NCBI GenBank assembly: GCA_963693095.2
Contig: OY843768.1
Span: forward strand, 174,715-206,714
Direction of reading: 5' to 3'
Origin: Cenarchaeum sp.
Lineage (GTDB): Archaea; Thermoproteota; Nitrososphaeria; Nitrososphaerales; Nitrosopumilaceae
Length of the DNA: 32,000 bases
Shown: positions 24,420 through 32,000 of the stretch, piece after piece
How positions within the stretch are numbered: the stretch's first letter is position 1
How the letters are laid out: every line of letters begins with the position of its first letter
Program-made: the position numbers and the translations under genes
The notes under the pieces: model-generated
Seen by the model: the letters and a program-made list of their open reading frames with translations, nothing else
Told to the model about the DNA's origin: nothing
Databases searched by the model: none

Positions 24420-25286
24420 CTAGTATTTTGGCATTATGCCGATGCGGCCCCTGCTTGAGGCCACAACCACGGCGATCACTGCCAAAACAAGAACCATCGC
24501 GGTGAGGGCGCCAAACTCGGGCACGACACACGCGCCGATGATCTCCACGCTGCTCGCGCCCGCAAAGAGGCTTACTGTGAGGCTGTCGCCGACCAGGCTG
24601 ATGTCATCCCACTCTTGGCCGTCGACTAGGACGATATAGTTCGTGTCGCCACACGCCATCTTGTTGGGGAATATCGTCAGTGCGCCGGGCTCTGTTGCGT
24701 CAACGTTGAGTAGGAGTGCCGTTCCGCCGCCCTCGCCGGCATACATTGCCGACGCGCCAGTCACGCTTCCGCCGCTCATCGTGTACTGCACACAGTCCGC
24801 GCCCACGCTGAGCTCGCCGGCGGCGCACTCTTGTGACATTCTCTCGGGCTCCATCATCTGCTCGTCCCTGACGGGGTTTGTTATCCCGCTGCCGGTGAGG
24901 TCGACATGAACCTTGTTGCTTGCGCCCTGGCCGACGCCATACTGGACCTTTATCGTGTAGCGGCCGTCATAGTTCCACAGGTTGCCCCCCGTGTTGATCG
25001 TCGTTGCGTACGTGTTCGTTGCGGGGTCGACGTCTAGCTGCTGGAGGTTGACGCGGTTTCCCTGCGGGCTGATGACGATTAGCGTGACGGGCGTTCCGGG
25101 CTTGTATGTCTTTACTCCACCATTGACCTCTATGGTCGAGCTGTGGCTGTACTCTTGGGCATCGGTGTGAACGGTGATTGGTATGATGACTGGCTCGAGG
25201 ATGCCGCTCTGGGCCTGGACGGGGTGCGCGCCGATGAGCGAGGCGGCCGCCACTGCCATGAAGATATATGCGACTCTGCGATCCAT
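24420..25286 (-). CDS. secreted surface protein with PEFG + TM + basic-tail C-terminal sorting signal
   Basis: MDRRVAYIFMAVAAASLIGAHPVQAQS...GACVVPEFGALTAMVLVLAVIAVVVASSRGRIGIMPKY. ORF 24420..25373 trimmed to the ATG at 25286, which lies behind a TATA-like AAATATACATAAAT. 12-nt gap to the downstream paralog. Confidence 0.7.
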   Translation of the reverse strand: MDRRVAYIFMAVAAASLIGAHPVQAQSGILEPVIIPITVHTDAQEYSHSSTIEVNGGVKTYKPGTPVTLIVISPQGNRVNLQQLDVDPATNTYATTINTGGNLWNYDGRYTIKVQYGVGQGASNKVHVDLTGSGITNPVRDEQMMEPERMSQECAAGELSVGADCVQYTMSGGSVTGASAMYAGEGGGTALLLNVDATEPGALTIFPNKMACGDTNYIVLVDGQEWDDISLVGDSLTVSLFAGASSVEIIGACVVPEFGALTAMVLVLAVIAVVVASSRGRIGIMPKY

Positions 25287-25424
25287 CAGGGCAAGCGCCC
25301 ACCTATGGCTATTTATGTATATTTGATTGGCGTGGGCAGCCCACGCGGGGACTAGCCTTGCGGGCTCACGCACAGCCTCCCCTGCGCCAAAGGGCGCCAG
25401 TCAGGCTAAAAAGTTAGAGTGTGG

Positions 25425-26000
25425 TCAGATTACCTGCCACGGGCGCGTTGCGAACGTTATCACATAGCCCACGCCGATGATTATCGACTGGTATGCGATG
25501 TTCGTGTACGGTATGGCCTTTATGATGTGCTCGCCGTCTACTATGACGGTCTGCCCCGGCCCGAGCCCCGGACCCACGCTGGCCACGTTGAGCTGCGTGT
25601 GTACGTGGTATGCGCCTGGCTCGAGTGCCATTGCGCATATCTGGTACGGCAGTATCTCGTTGCCTCCTAGGTCAAAGACGTTGCCAGGAGGATCCCTTGA
25701 GAGGATCTCCCACCTGTTTCCAGCGTTCGTCGACTCTGCGAATATGGATATCCAGCCACGCAGGTCCCTCTCCACGAGGCTGACGAGCTCGCCGCTAAGG
25801 CACAGTGTCTCGCCAGTCGTGAGGGACTGCCTGGTGAACTCCTCGTTGTCTATCTCCACAAAGCGGCTCTGGAGCTGCGCCTGCACGCCATGCGCGTCTG
25901 CGGATGGCAGGACAAACTCAACCCAGTCAAAGCCGACAGTGCCGAGCGCTAGTATTGCGCCTAGCCCGAAGACGATTGCCTTGTTGCTGTTTGCGTTCAC
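25425..26000 (-). CDS. amoB: archaeal ammonia monooxygenase subunit B (single cupredoxin-domain form)
   Basis: Signal/anchor, then ADAHGVQAQLQSRFV (N-terminal His context), VERDLRGWISIFAESTNAGNRWE, GAYHVHTQLNVASVGPGLGPGQ (the HxH...GP..GPG copper-site motif shared with PmoB/AmoB) and a C-terminal TM ending RPWQVI. ORF 25425..26060 trimmed to the GTG at 26000. Confidence 0.85.
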   Translation of the reverse strand: MNANSNKAIVFGLGAILALGTVGFDWVEFVLPSADAHGVQAQLQSRFVEIDNEEFTRQSLTTGETLCLSGELVSLVERDLRGWISIFAESTNAGNRWEILSRDPPGNVFDLGGNEILPYQICAMALEPGAYHVHTQLNVASVGPGLGPGQTVIVDGEHIIKAIPYTNIAYQSIIIGVGYVITFATRPWQVI

Positions 26001-26025
26001 GGTGCCCCGCGGCCATCGGGGCGCG

Positions 26026-26033
26026 TTATATAG
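26026..26033 (-). promoter_or_regulatory. TATA-box-like element of amoB
   Basis: Minus-strand CTATATAA lies 26-33 nt upstream of the GTG at 26000, in the short gap after the stop (26057-26059) of the upstream gene. Confidence 0.45.
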
Positions 26034-26056
26034 TTTTCCGGCTCCAGGGCCGCCCC

Positions 26057-26566
26057 TCACGCCTGAGATGCCCCCTTCCTGGCTCCCTGATCGCAGTCCT
26101 CAGGGGCCCAGCGCCTCGTTTGGGCGCCAAACCGGTACCTGAGGGGGCCCCAGACCCGTCGGCCGGCGAGGTGGTGCGGCATCGTCTCGACGACATTGTC
26201 GATCTTTTCGAGCGAGTTGTCAAAGAGGCCCCTGTCAGCCGAGTCGACGACAAAGGAGACGGCCGGCTCGCCGCCAAAGTCGAGGTTGACTATGAGCGAG
26301 CCGGCACCGCCGCCGCGCCTCCTCTTCATCTCCCTGAGGAGGGCCTTGAGCCTCTCCCACCTCTTGAACCCAAACCACGCAAAGAACTCGTCGCCAAACT
26401 CGACGGGAAGCGCGATGCGCATACGGCTCGTCTCATCGTCGGCCGGCCCGTCGAGCTCGGACTCGGAGAGCTCAAAGACTGCGCCCAGGCACTCGTGGGC
26501 GACTTCGACCTCCCAGGGCGAGATGCCGTAAAACTCGACGATTGCAGTAAGGCTGCCGCCTGCCAT
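26057..26566 (-). CDS. hypothetical protein (169 aa), no family recognised
   Basis: ORF 26057..26611 trimmed to the ATG at 26566, which has a TATA-like GGCTTTTTACAAAACG ~25 nt upstream. Soluble and charged. Sits between the oxidoreductase operon and amoB. Confidence 0.45.
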   Translation of the reverse strand: MAGGSLTAIVEFYGISPWEVEVAHECLGAVFELSESELDGPADDETSRMRIALPVEFGDEFFAWFGFKRWERLKALLREMKRRRGGGAGSLIVNLDFGGEPAVSFVVDSADRGLFDNSLEKIDNVVETMPHHLAGRRVWGPLRYRFGAQTRRWAPEDCDQGARKGASQA

Positions 26567-26612
26567 CAGGCGCCGCGCGCGCGGCGTTTTGTAAAAAGCC
26601 TTTGCCGGCACG

Positions 26613-27575
26613 CTAGGCGCGCAGCGCGTCTAGCATCGCCGTGACGTCAGTTATCGCCCGCCCGCCAGACTCCACTGCCTGCAGGGCCGGCGGGTTTTCG
26701 GCATAGTTGTGTATCTGGTCGCGTATGCGCCCGCTGTATGGCGTGACAGTCTCGTTGCGGTAAAAGACTCCCGTCGGTATGCGCTCGCCCCACTCTAGTG
26801 ACCTTGCGAGGGCCTGGCTGAGCTTTGCGTTGAGCTCGGCGGCGTCGGCAAAGTGGACTATGGGGTCATAGTCGGTGTCCTCTAGCCTGTATATGCGCGA
26901 GTGGCGCTCCCCGCCATCGCCCTCTAGCCCCTCGCCGGCAAACCAGTCGCGCGTGTTGATGTCATTGTATGTCGGGCACGGAGAGAGGACATCGACGAAC
27001 GCAAGGCCCTCGTGGCTTATTGCGGCCTTTATGATCTCCTTTAGGTGCGCAACGTCATACGAGTATGCGCGCGCGACGAACGTAAAGCCGCTAGTCACGG
27101 CAAGGCCGACGGGGTTTACGTTATAGTTGACATTTGGCGCGGCAAGGGACTTTGTCTTTGTTCCAAGCTTTAGCGTGGGTGACGCCTGACCCTTTGTGAG
27201 CCCATAGACGCCATTGTCAAATATGATATACGCCATGTTGACGTTTCTCCTTCCGGCGGCGACAAAGTGGCCAGCGCCGATGCCGAGGCCGTCGCCGTCA
27301 CCGCCGACTGCGACTATTCTCATGTTTGGGTTTGCGAGCGCTGCGCCCTGCGCAAAGGGCAGGACGCGGCCGTGGAGCGTGTGGATGCCGCTGACGTTGA
27401 CAAAGTGCGCAGTCTTGCCCGAGCAGCCTATTCCGGAGAATATCGCCGCCTCGTGGCGCGCAATGTCCATCTCGGCCAGGGCCATCTGCACGGCGTTGAG
27501 TATGCCAAAGTCGCCGCATCCGGGGCACCAGTCGTTGTGGACGTCAGTCTTGTAGTCGGCAAGCCTAGGCGCCAT
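26613..27575 (-). CDS. 2-oxoacid:ferredoxin oxidoreductase, beta (TPP-binding) subunit
   Basis: DWCPGCGDFGIL, GIGCSG, VAVGGDGDGLGIGAGH (TPP motif). Overlaps the alpha-subunit stop by 11 nt. Confidence 0.9.
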   Translation of the reverse strand: MAPRLADYKTDVHNDWCPGCGDFGILNAVQMALAEMDIARHEAAIFSGIGCSGKTAHFVNVSGIHTLHGRVLPFAQGAALANPNMRIVAVGGDGDGLGIGAGHFVAAGRRNVNMAYIIFDNGVYGLTKGQASPTLKLGTKTKSLAAPNVNYNVNPVGLAVTSGFTFVARAYSYDVAHLKEIIKAAISHEGLAFVDVLSPCPTYNDINTRDWFAGEGLEGDGGERHSRIYRLEDTDYDPIVHFADAAELNAKLSQALARSLEWGERIPTGVFYRNETVTPYSGRIRDQIHNYAENPPALQAVESGGRAITDVTAMLDALRA

Positions 27576-29487
27576 AGTCTAGAACCTCCCTTTTTGATGC
27601 CGTGCCGCCGGCAACCCTACGAAGCGCGCCGGCGACCTCTGTGCTCGTCATCGCGCGCCCCGTGTACTTTAGCACATAGTGATCCGGCTCGTGCCCCATG
27701 TTCTGCCGGAAGAGCGCGCCAAGCTGCGCCGTATAGTTTGACTCTATGTCCACTATTGTCGTTGCGCCCTCGAGGAGGTGCCTCACATAGTCGGCCGGAA
27801 ACGGGTGGAGCATCTTTACCTGCACAAACCTGATGCGCGGTCCGCCGCCGGCCTGAACCTCGGCTATCGCGTCAAGTATTGGCCCCTTCGTCGATCCCCA
27901 CCCGATGACTGCAATGTCGCCCTCGCCGTGCAGGACCGCCTGCTCGCCGTCAGGTATGGCGCGCAGCGCGAGGCTCTCCCTGGAGAGCCTCTTGCGCATC
28001 ATCTCCGAGCGCATGACGGGGTCCTCGGTTATGTGGCCCACCTCGTCATGCTCATCGCCCGTGCACCAAAACTCGCCGTTCTCGACGCCAAGGCGCGCGC
28101 GCTCTGACACGCCGTCCCCGCCGAGGGCAAACCTGCGATAGTCCCCCTCCATCTTGCCCGTGACAAGCTTGCCGCGGTCTATGGATATCCTGCCGGCATC
28201 AAAGCGCGCACAGGTCAGGACGGTGCTTGCCAGGTACTTGTCCATCATGTGTATGACGGGAACCTGGTAAACGTCCGCATAGTTAAAGCAGCGCGCCGTG
28301 TCGTAAAAGCTCTCCTCGACGTCGCCAGACGCATACACGATCCTCGGAAACTCGCCGTGGCCCGCATGGACCGCAAAGAGGAGGTCGTCCTGGCCGTGGC
28401 GCGTCGGCAGTCCGGTTGCCGGACCGCTCCGCTGGTAGAGCGTGATGACTAGGGGAACCTCGTTGATTCCTGCCCAGCCGAGGCACTCGGCCATTAGCGA
28501 AAAGCCGGGTCCGGACGTGCATGTCGAGGATCGCGTGCCGGCGATCGCGCTCCCTATGGCCATGCCTATGGCGCTCAGCTCGTCCTCGCACTGGACCACG
28601 AGCGTCGAGCCGGGCCTGTGCCCGCTGACCTCAAGTGAGGGGTGGGACTCGAGATAGACGCTCTCATCGGATGCCGGCGTTATCGGATAGTACGACTGGA
28701 AGCGGCACCCTGCGGCGATCTTGCCGATCGCCGTGCCGTGATACCCCTGCGCGAGAATCGTGCCATCCGGCGTCGCGCCACACGGTCCGAGGACGGCGCG
28801 CGCGCCGCCGAACTCGGCATCAGCTGACGCGTATGCGCGAGACGCTGCCATCTCGTTGAGCTCGGCTATTGCCGGCTTTGCGGCAAACGCGTGCCGCACG
28901 GCCTCGCGTGTGCGCTCCTCGGGAACGCCGAGGGCCTTCATAGAGAGGGTCGCGCCGATGACGTTGAACATGCGCGTCATGCCGCGCAGCTTTGGGTTGC
29001 CTGCCGACTCGGCAAGTGACGCCAGTATTGACCGGAACGAGACTGCATGCGCTGCGACTCCGGCCTCGCGCGCCGCGCTGACTGCGCCCTCGACTCCGGC
29101 AGCACGGCCTGCGCCCTCGAGTGCGGCCCGCGCGCGCGCCGCATAGTGCTCATCCATCGTGCGAACGTCGTCGATCGACGCCTTTTCCATCGCCGAGTCG
29201 TAGATTATCGTGCCGCCGTCCCGAATGTCCGTATAGTGGCGCAGGAGCGTCTCGGCGTCATATGCGACCATGATATCCGCACCGCTGACATTGGAGTGTA
29301 TCTCCTCACTAGATACCCTGACTACAAAATAGCTGTGCTCGCCCTTTATGTTGGAATAGAACTCGCGCTTGCCAAACACGTGATACCCCATCGACGCGCA
29401 CGCGCCGGCAAATATTCCGGCTGCTGACTCTACGCCGCTCCCCTGTGGACCGCCGACTAGCCATGACACGTCAACTCTATCCCCCAT
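27565..29487 (-). CDS. 2-oxoacid:ferredoxin oxidoreductase, alpha (fused gamma-alpha) subunit
   Basis: 640 aa. N-terminal gamma-like domain (VGGPQGSGVESAAGIFA) followed by an alpha domain (YPITPASD, ELSAIGMAIGSAIAGTRSSTCTSGPGFSLM). Confidence 0.9.
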   Translation of the reverse strand: MGDRVDVSWLVGGPQGSGVESAAGIFAGACASMGYHVFGKREFYSNIKGEHSYFVVRVSSEEIHSNVSGADIMVAYDAETLLRHYTDIRDGGTIIYDSAMEKASIDDVRTMDEHYAARARAALEGAGRAAGVEGAVSAAREAGVAAHAVSFRSILASLAESAGNPKLRGMTRMFNVIGATLSMKALGVPEERTREAVRHAFAAKPAIAELNEMAASRAYASADAEFGGARAVLGPCGATPDGTILAQGYHGTAIGKIAAGCRFQSYYPITPASDESVYLESHPSLEVSGHRPGSTLVVQCEDELSAIGMAIGSAIAGTRSSTCTSGPGFSLMAECLGWAGINEVPLVITLYQRSGPATGLPTRHGQDDLLFAVHAGHGEFPRIVYASGDVEESFYDTARCFNYADVYQVPVIHMMDKYLASTVLTCARFDAGRISIDRGKLVTGKMEGDYRRFALGGDGVSERARLGVENGEFWCTGDEHDEVGHITEDPVMRSEMMRKRLSRESLALRAIPDGEQAVLHGEGDIAVIGWGSTKGPILDAIAEVQAGGGPRIRFVQVKMLHPFPADYVRHLLEGATTIVDIESNYTAQLGALFRQNMGHEPDHYVLKYTGRAMTSTEVAGALRRVAGGTASKREVLDYGA

Positions 29488-29489
29488 GC

Positions 29490-29627
29490 CTAGCCGCCTC
29501 CAGTCGCCGAGTCAAAGAGCGCACACTCGCACGCGTCACGCTCGCCGCAAAACTCGCAGACGCACTTGCACGCGCTGAGCAGCTCCCCGCACGTGACGCA
29601 GCACGCATAGTCCTCCTTTTCTGCCAT
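29490..29627 (-). CDS. 45-aa cysteine-rich mini-protein (nine Cys), first gene of the oxidoreductase operon
   Basis: MAEKEDYACCVTCGELLSACKCVCEFCGERDACECALFDSATGGG. ATG at 29625-29627, with a TATA-like TTTTATACAA (29651-29663) ~27 nt upstream. Its stop lies 2 nt from the alpha-subunit ATG. ORF 29490..29765 trimmed. Confidence 0.5.
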   Translation of the reverse strand: MAEKEDYACCVTCGELLSACKCVCEFCGERDACECALFDSATGGG

Positions 29628-30068
29628 CGACGCGCGCGCGTGGGACACGTTTGTATAAAAGTGCTTGAGTTGCGTGTTGGGAATATGCCCTGCATTTGAC
29701 CACGTGTGTTGCGGGCCTGCCAAGTCTGCGGTGTGATGGAAACTGGCTCCATTTTTGTGGATCACGTCCGCCTTTCCGAATCCGCAGGACGCTCGCTAGT
29801 GCGGGCATGTTGATGAACTCGACGTTCTTGCCGGGTTGCCCGTTAGGGACCACGGGTGTGGCACTAGGCGTCCTGTTGTCGAACGCTATGCAGCCAATGT
29901 GCTGTGTGTGTGTGTACGCGGTGCGGACTAGCGCGGTGTGTCGTGTGCTTGATGGATGCAGATTCAACGAGGTGCATGTTCGCCTTCTCTGCGTGACGTG
30001 ATCGGGCAACGGGTTTATATTGATGTGGGAATTAACAATTATATATTGACGCGCATCCCCGCCTGTTG

Positions 30069-30254
30069 ATGACTGACAGCGAGACAAAGACGACAATCTT
30101 TAGCAATCACAATCATGATAACTTCATACCGGTGGCTACTGCAGAACCACAGCTATCTGGCACCACCAAAACTAACATACCTGTTCATCCCTCCATTACA
30201 CAATCTAGCCAGCCTCGTGGTAAGGTGATACGTATTGCGGGAGATTCCGAGTAA
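30069..30254 (+). CDS. hypothetical small ORF in an AT-rich islet
   Basis: ATG at 30069, ~25 nt downstream of AATTATATATTGAC. Ser/Thr/Asn-rich product. May be the N-terminal part of the next ORF if a frameshift is present. Confidence 0.25.
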   Translation: MTDSETKTTIFSNHNHDNFIPVATAEPQLSGTTKTNIPVHPSITQSSQPRGKVIRIAGDSE

Positions 30255-30705
30255 ACCTGACAGCTCTGTGTCGCTCGGCTTTGAGGTGCTCAAAGAACCG
30301 TGGAACAAATGCCAACTATCCGACGGTTCCACACTTCGAATACGCAATGTGCTTAACACCGTCCGTCGTTATATGGAAAGAAACGTTCCAACATATGCGC
30401 CGTCTGCGGCATGCTCAATTAACATAATGTGCGCACCATCGTTAAGAGGCGTCCCGACTGACCATATTCCAGATCACGACACTCAGCTACGCTCCATAGA
30501 GCAAGCCGAGGTGGTATTTAATACGCTGTCTAATGACAACAATGACTATATCTTAAGCGATGACACTCGAATAAAGCTTCATCTTAACTTGATAGAAATA
30601 TCAAGAACAACACTGTATGACACTTTCGGCGATCGAGTTTACTTTATCAACCATTCCACGTTTCAAAGTATTAAATTGGCACCACAATACCAGACCCAAC
30701 AATAA
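30235..30705 (+). CDS. hypothetical protein in an AT-rich islet, no family recognised
   Basis: 156-codon ORF (TTG 30235; first in-frame ATG at 30373) in sequence visibly more AT-rich than the window. No opposite-strand ORF was listed across most of it. Confidence 0.35.
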   Translation: MREIPSKPDSSVSLGFEVLKEPWNKCQLSDGSTLRIRNVLNTVRRYMERNVPTYAPSAACSINIMCAPSLRGVPTDHIPDHDTQLRSIEQAEVVFNTLSNDNNDYILSDDTRIKLHLNLIEISRTTLYDTFGDRVYFINHSTFQSIKLAPQYQTQQ

Positions 30706-30984
30706 TCAATTCTATCCACTCGTGTGTTATTCTGTAAAGGCGCACAAATCAACAGTCATGCTTTGACGCTTATCGCTCCTAGTTTTGTGGATATCTGTGG
30801 ATGAAATGATCACCTCTGCCCTGTCAGTCATATGCGCAGACTGTATACGCGCAAAATCCCCTGCGTTGCCCATGTTCTCATTTGAGTGATCACGCATATG
30901 CAGTTGCGTCACACAATCCAGGAACGTTTGCAAAACTTGACTAGGCAAACTTTGGCCCGTGTGGGCTTTGGAATCCCCGCACGC

Positions 30985-31296
30985 TCACATCATGCCGGCC
31001 TCGTGCATCGCCGTCGCATAGTCGCACTCGGCCCCCATGCGAAGGTACGGGATGAGGCGATAGTGTATCGAGTAGAGGTTGCCCTCGCGGAACAGGACTC
31101 CCTTTTGGGCCAGCGAGGCCAGGCCGCGAGCGGCCATGTGGACCTCGTCCCCGCTGCACTCCGCTGCCCGCCTCTTTTGGTACTGGGCCAGCGTAAAGGA
31201 CGGCTCGCCGAGCTCGAGTATGAGGGGCCATATGACGCGGGTCCACACGAGCCTCCGCCGCTCGGTCGCCAGCGCGTACTTGCCCTTGCCACTCAT
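30985..31296 (-). CDS. putative winged-helix DNA-binding protein
   Basis: 103 aa. The helix-turn-helix-wing-like stretch FTLAQYQKRRAAECSGDEVHMAARGLASLAQKGVLFREGNLYSIH is a pattern call only. Divergent from the next gene across a 40-bp spacer with two TATA-like boxes. Confidence 0.45.
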   Translation of the reverse strand: MSGKGKYALATERRRLVWTRVIWPLILELGEPSFTLAQYQKRRAAECSGDEVHMAARGLASLAQKGVLFREGNLYSIHYRLIPYLRMGAECDYATAMHEAGMM

Positions 31297-31336
31297 GCCA
31301 TTAGCGTTATAATGTCCGCTACTATATTTGGTTCAC

Positions 31337-32000
31337 GTGTCCTCGCAGGAGGAGGTGCGCGAGTCCCTCGACGCCCTCATCAAGATGGGGTGGGAAGTCG
31401 ACCCAGCCATACGGGACCTCACGCTCGGCCGGGCGACTGCAGTCTCTGACCGGACCGTGAGGGTCGGCTCGGTGACGTACCACATACCATACCTCGAGTC
31501 AGTCTCGCGCCACGTCCTCTGGAAGTGCCACTGGCCTGACTGCACCAACTGCTGCGAGCGCCAGGGCCGCCTCCCGCTCACGTCTGATGACCTCATCACG
31601 ATAGGGAGCGGCATGAAGTACGCGCGCGTCTCCGAGTTTGTCGCCGCCGAGACGCTCATCAGCACGTGGGGCGCGCAGGGCCCGTCAGGCTCCTCCTCGG
31701 CGACCATGACTAGCATCAACCTAAAGCGGTCTGCCGGCGAGACGGCCGCGCAGGACGGCACGCGCATACCGTGCCGCTTTCTTGGCAGTGATAGCGCATG
31801 CACGCTCCATCCTGGGCGGCCCGGCGTGTGCTATCTCTATCCGTTCACGACATGGCTAGAGAGCAACCATGGCGTGCCGCAGGTTCATGCGACATTCCAG
31901 TTCACGGGGGACTGTCCGGGATTCTACCTTGCCGAGTCCATTGATGACATGCGCGCCACGCTTGAGGAGTATGCAGGAATCATCCACGGGTACAACATGG
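31337..32000 (+). CDS. YkgJ/UPF0153-family cysteine-cluster protein (partial, runs off the window)
   Basis: Own translation from the GTG at 31337 is open to the window end: VSSQEEVRESLDALIKMGW...WKCHWPDCTNCCERQGRLPLTSDDLITIG...CRFLGSDSACTLHPGRPGVCYLYPF. This matches the CxxCxxCC-type putative Fe/Zn-chelating domain. TATA-like GTTATAATG ~29 nt upstream. Absent from the ORF track, presumably because it has no stop codon. Confidence 0.6.
   Translation, partial: MSSQEEVRESLDALIKMGWEVDPAIRDLTLGRATAVSDRTVRVGSVTYHIPYLESVSRHVLWKCHWPDCTNCCERQGRLPLTSDDLITIGSGMKYARVSEFVAAETLISTWGAQGPSGSSSATMTSINLKRSAGETAAQDGTRIPCRFLGSDSACTLHPGRPGVCYLYPFTTWLESNHGVPQVHATFQFTGDCPGFYLAESIDDMRATLEEYAGIIHGYNM

Noticed and set aside
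29691-29705. GCATTTGACCA half-site resembling one arm of the palindrome, followed by CACGTG
   Set aside because: It is a single arm with no partner arm and no flanking unit sequence, so it could be chance.
29903-29914. (TG)6 microsatellite
   Set aside because: It is short and isolated with no evidence of function, so it is noted only as a possible slippage site.
29696-30096. ORFs 29696..30001(+) and 29536..30096(-) in the gap upstream of the Cys-rich mini-ORF
   Set aside because: They overlap each other and the mini-ORF promoter. Their products are Cys/Arg-rich, low-complexity translations without starts behind a TATA box.
1-32000. Search for CRISPR arrays, rRNA genes, integrases/transposases and an amoC gene
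   Set aside because: No regularly spaced direct repeats, no rRNA-like sequence, and no ORF with recombinase, transposase or AmoC-like features were seen on either strand.

Overview
High-GC archaeal chromosome segment that reads as an ammonia-oxidising thaumarchaeon. A Nitrosopumilales or Cenarchaeum-like origin is inferred from the gene content and the GC level. All calls come from reading the ORF translations and the DNA; no searches were run. Core genes recognised: amoX-amoA (978-2128) and a separate amoB (25425-26000), with no amoC in the window; an orphan Dam-type methylase; tRNA-Thr(GGU); an ADP-forming acyl-CoA synthetase plus crotonase pair typical of the thaumarchaeal HP/HB cycle; a Nudix hydrolase; L39e and L31e; a divergent FtsZ-like protein; a MiaB/MtaB-type methylthiotransferase; a fumarase/aspartase; a NirK-like copper oxidase; a SerA-like dehydrogenase; mdh; the Ni-pincer cofactor genes larB and larC-larE-nifS; two PEFG-CTERM-type surface proteins; a two-subunit 2-oxoacid:ferredoxin oxidoreductase; a wHTH protein; and a YkgJ-type Cys-cluster protein. 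Most genes have an AT-rich TATA-like box about 25-30 nt upstream of the start codon, which suggests leaderless transcripts. Four things are not explained by core metabolism. (1) A family of about 50-bp repeat units is built around a perfect 20-bp palindrome, GCCCATTTGGTCAAATGGGC. It has six copies, all intergenic, and they bracket the accessory genes. (2) A roughly 2-kb cassette (18299-20357) splits the lar genes. It carries a duplicated unknown gene and a 3-TM protein in a translationally coupled pair. (3) An island (11507-13611) holds a 440-aa orphan gene and an AT-rich gene encoding a protein with an RNxxxH (HEPN-like) motif. (4) A 45-aa, nine-cysteine mini-ORF is tightly coupled to the oxidoreductase operon. 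No CRISPR array, rRNA, integrase or transposase was seen.
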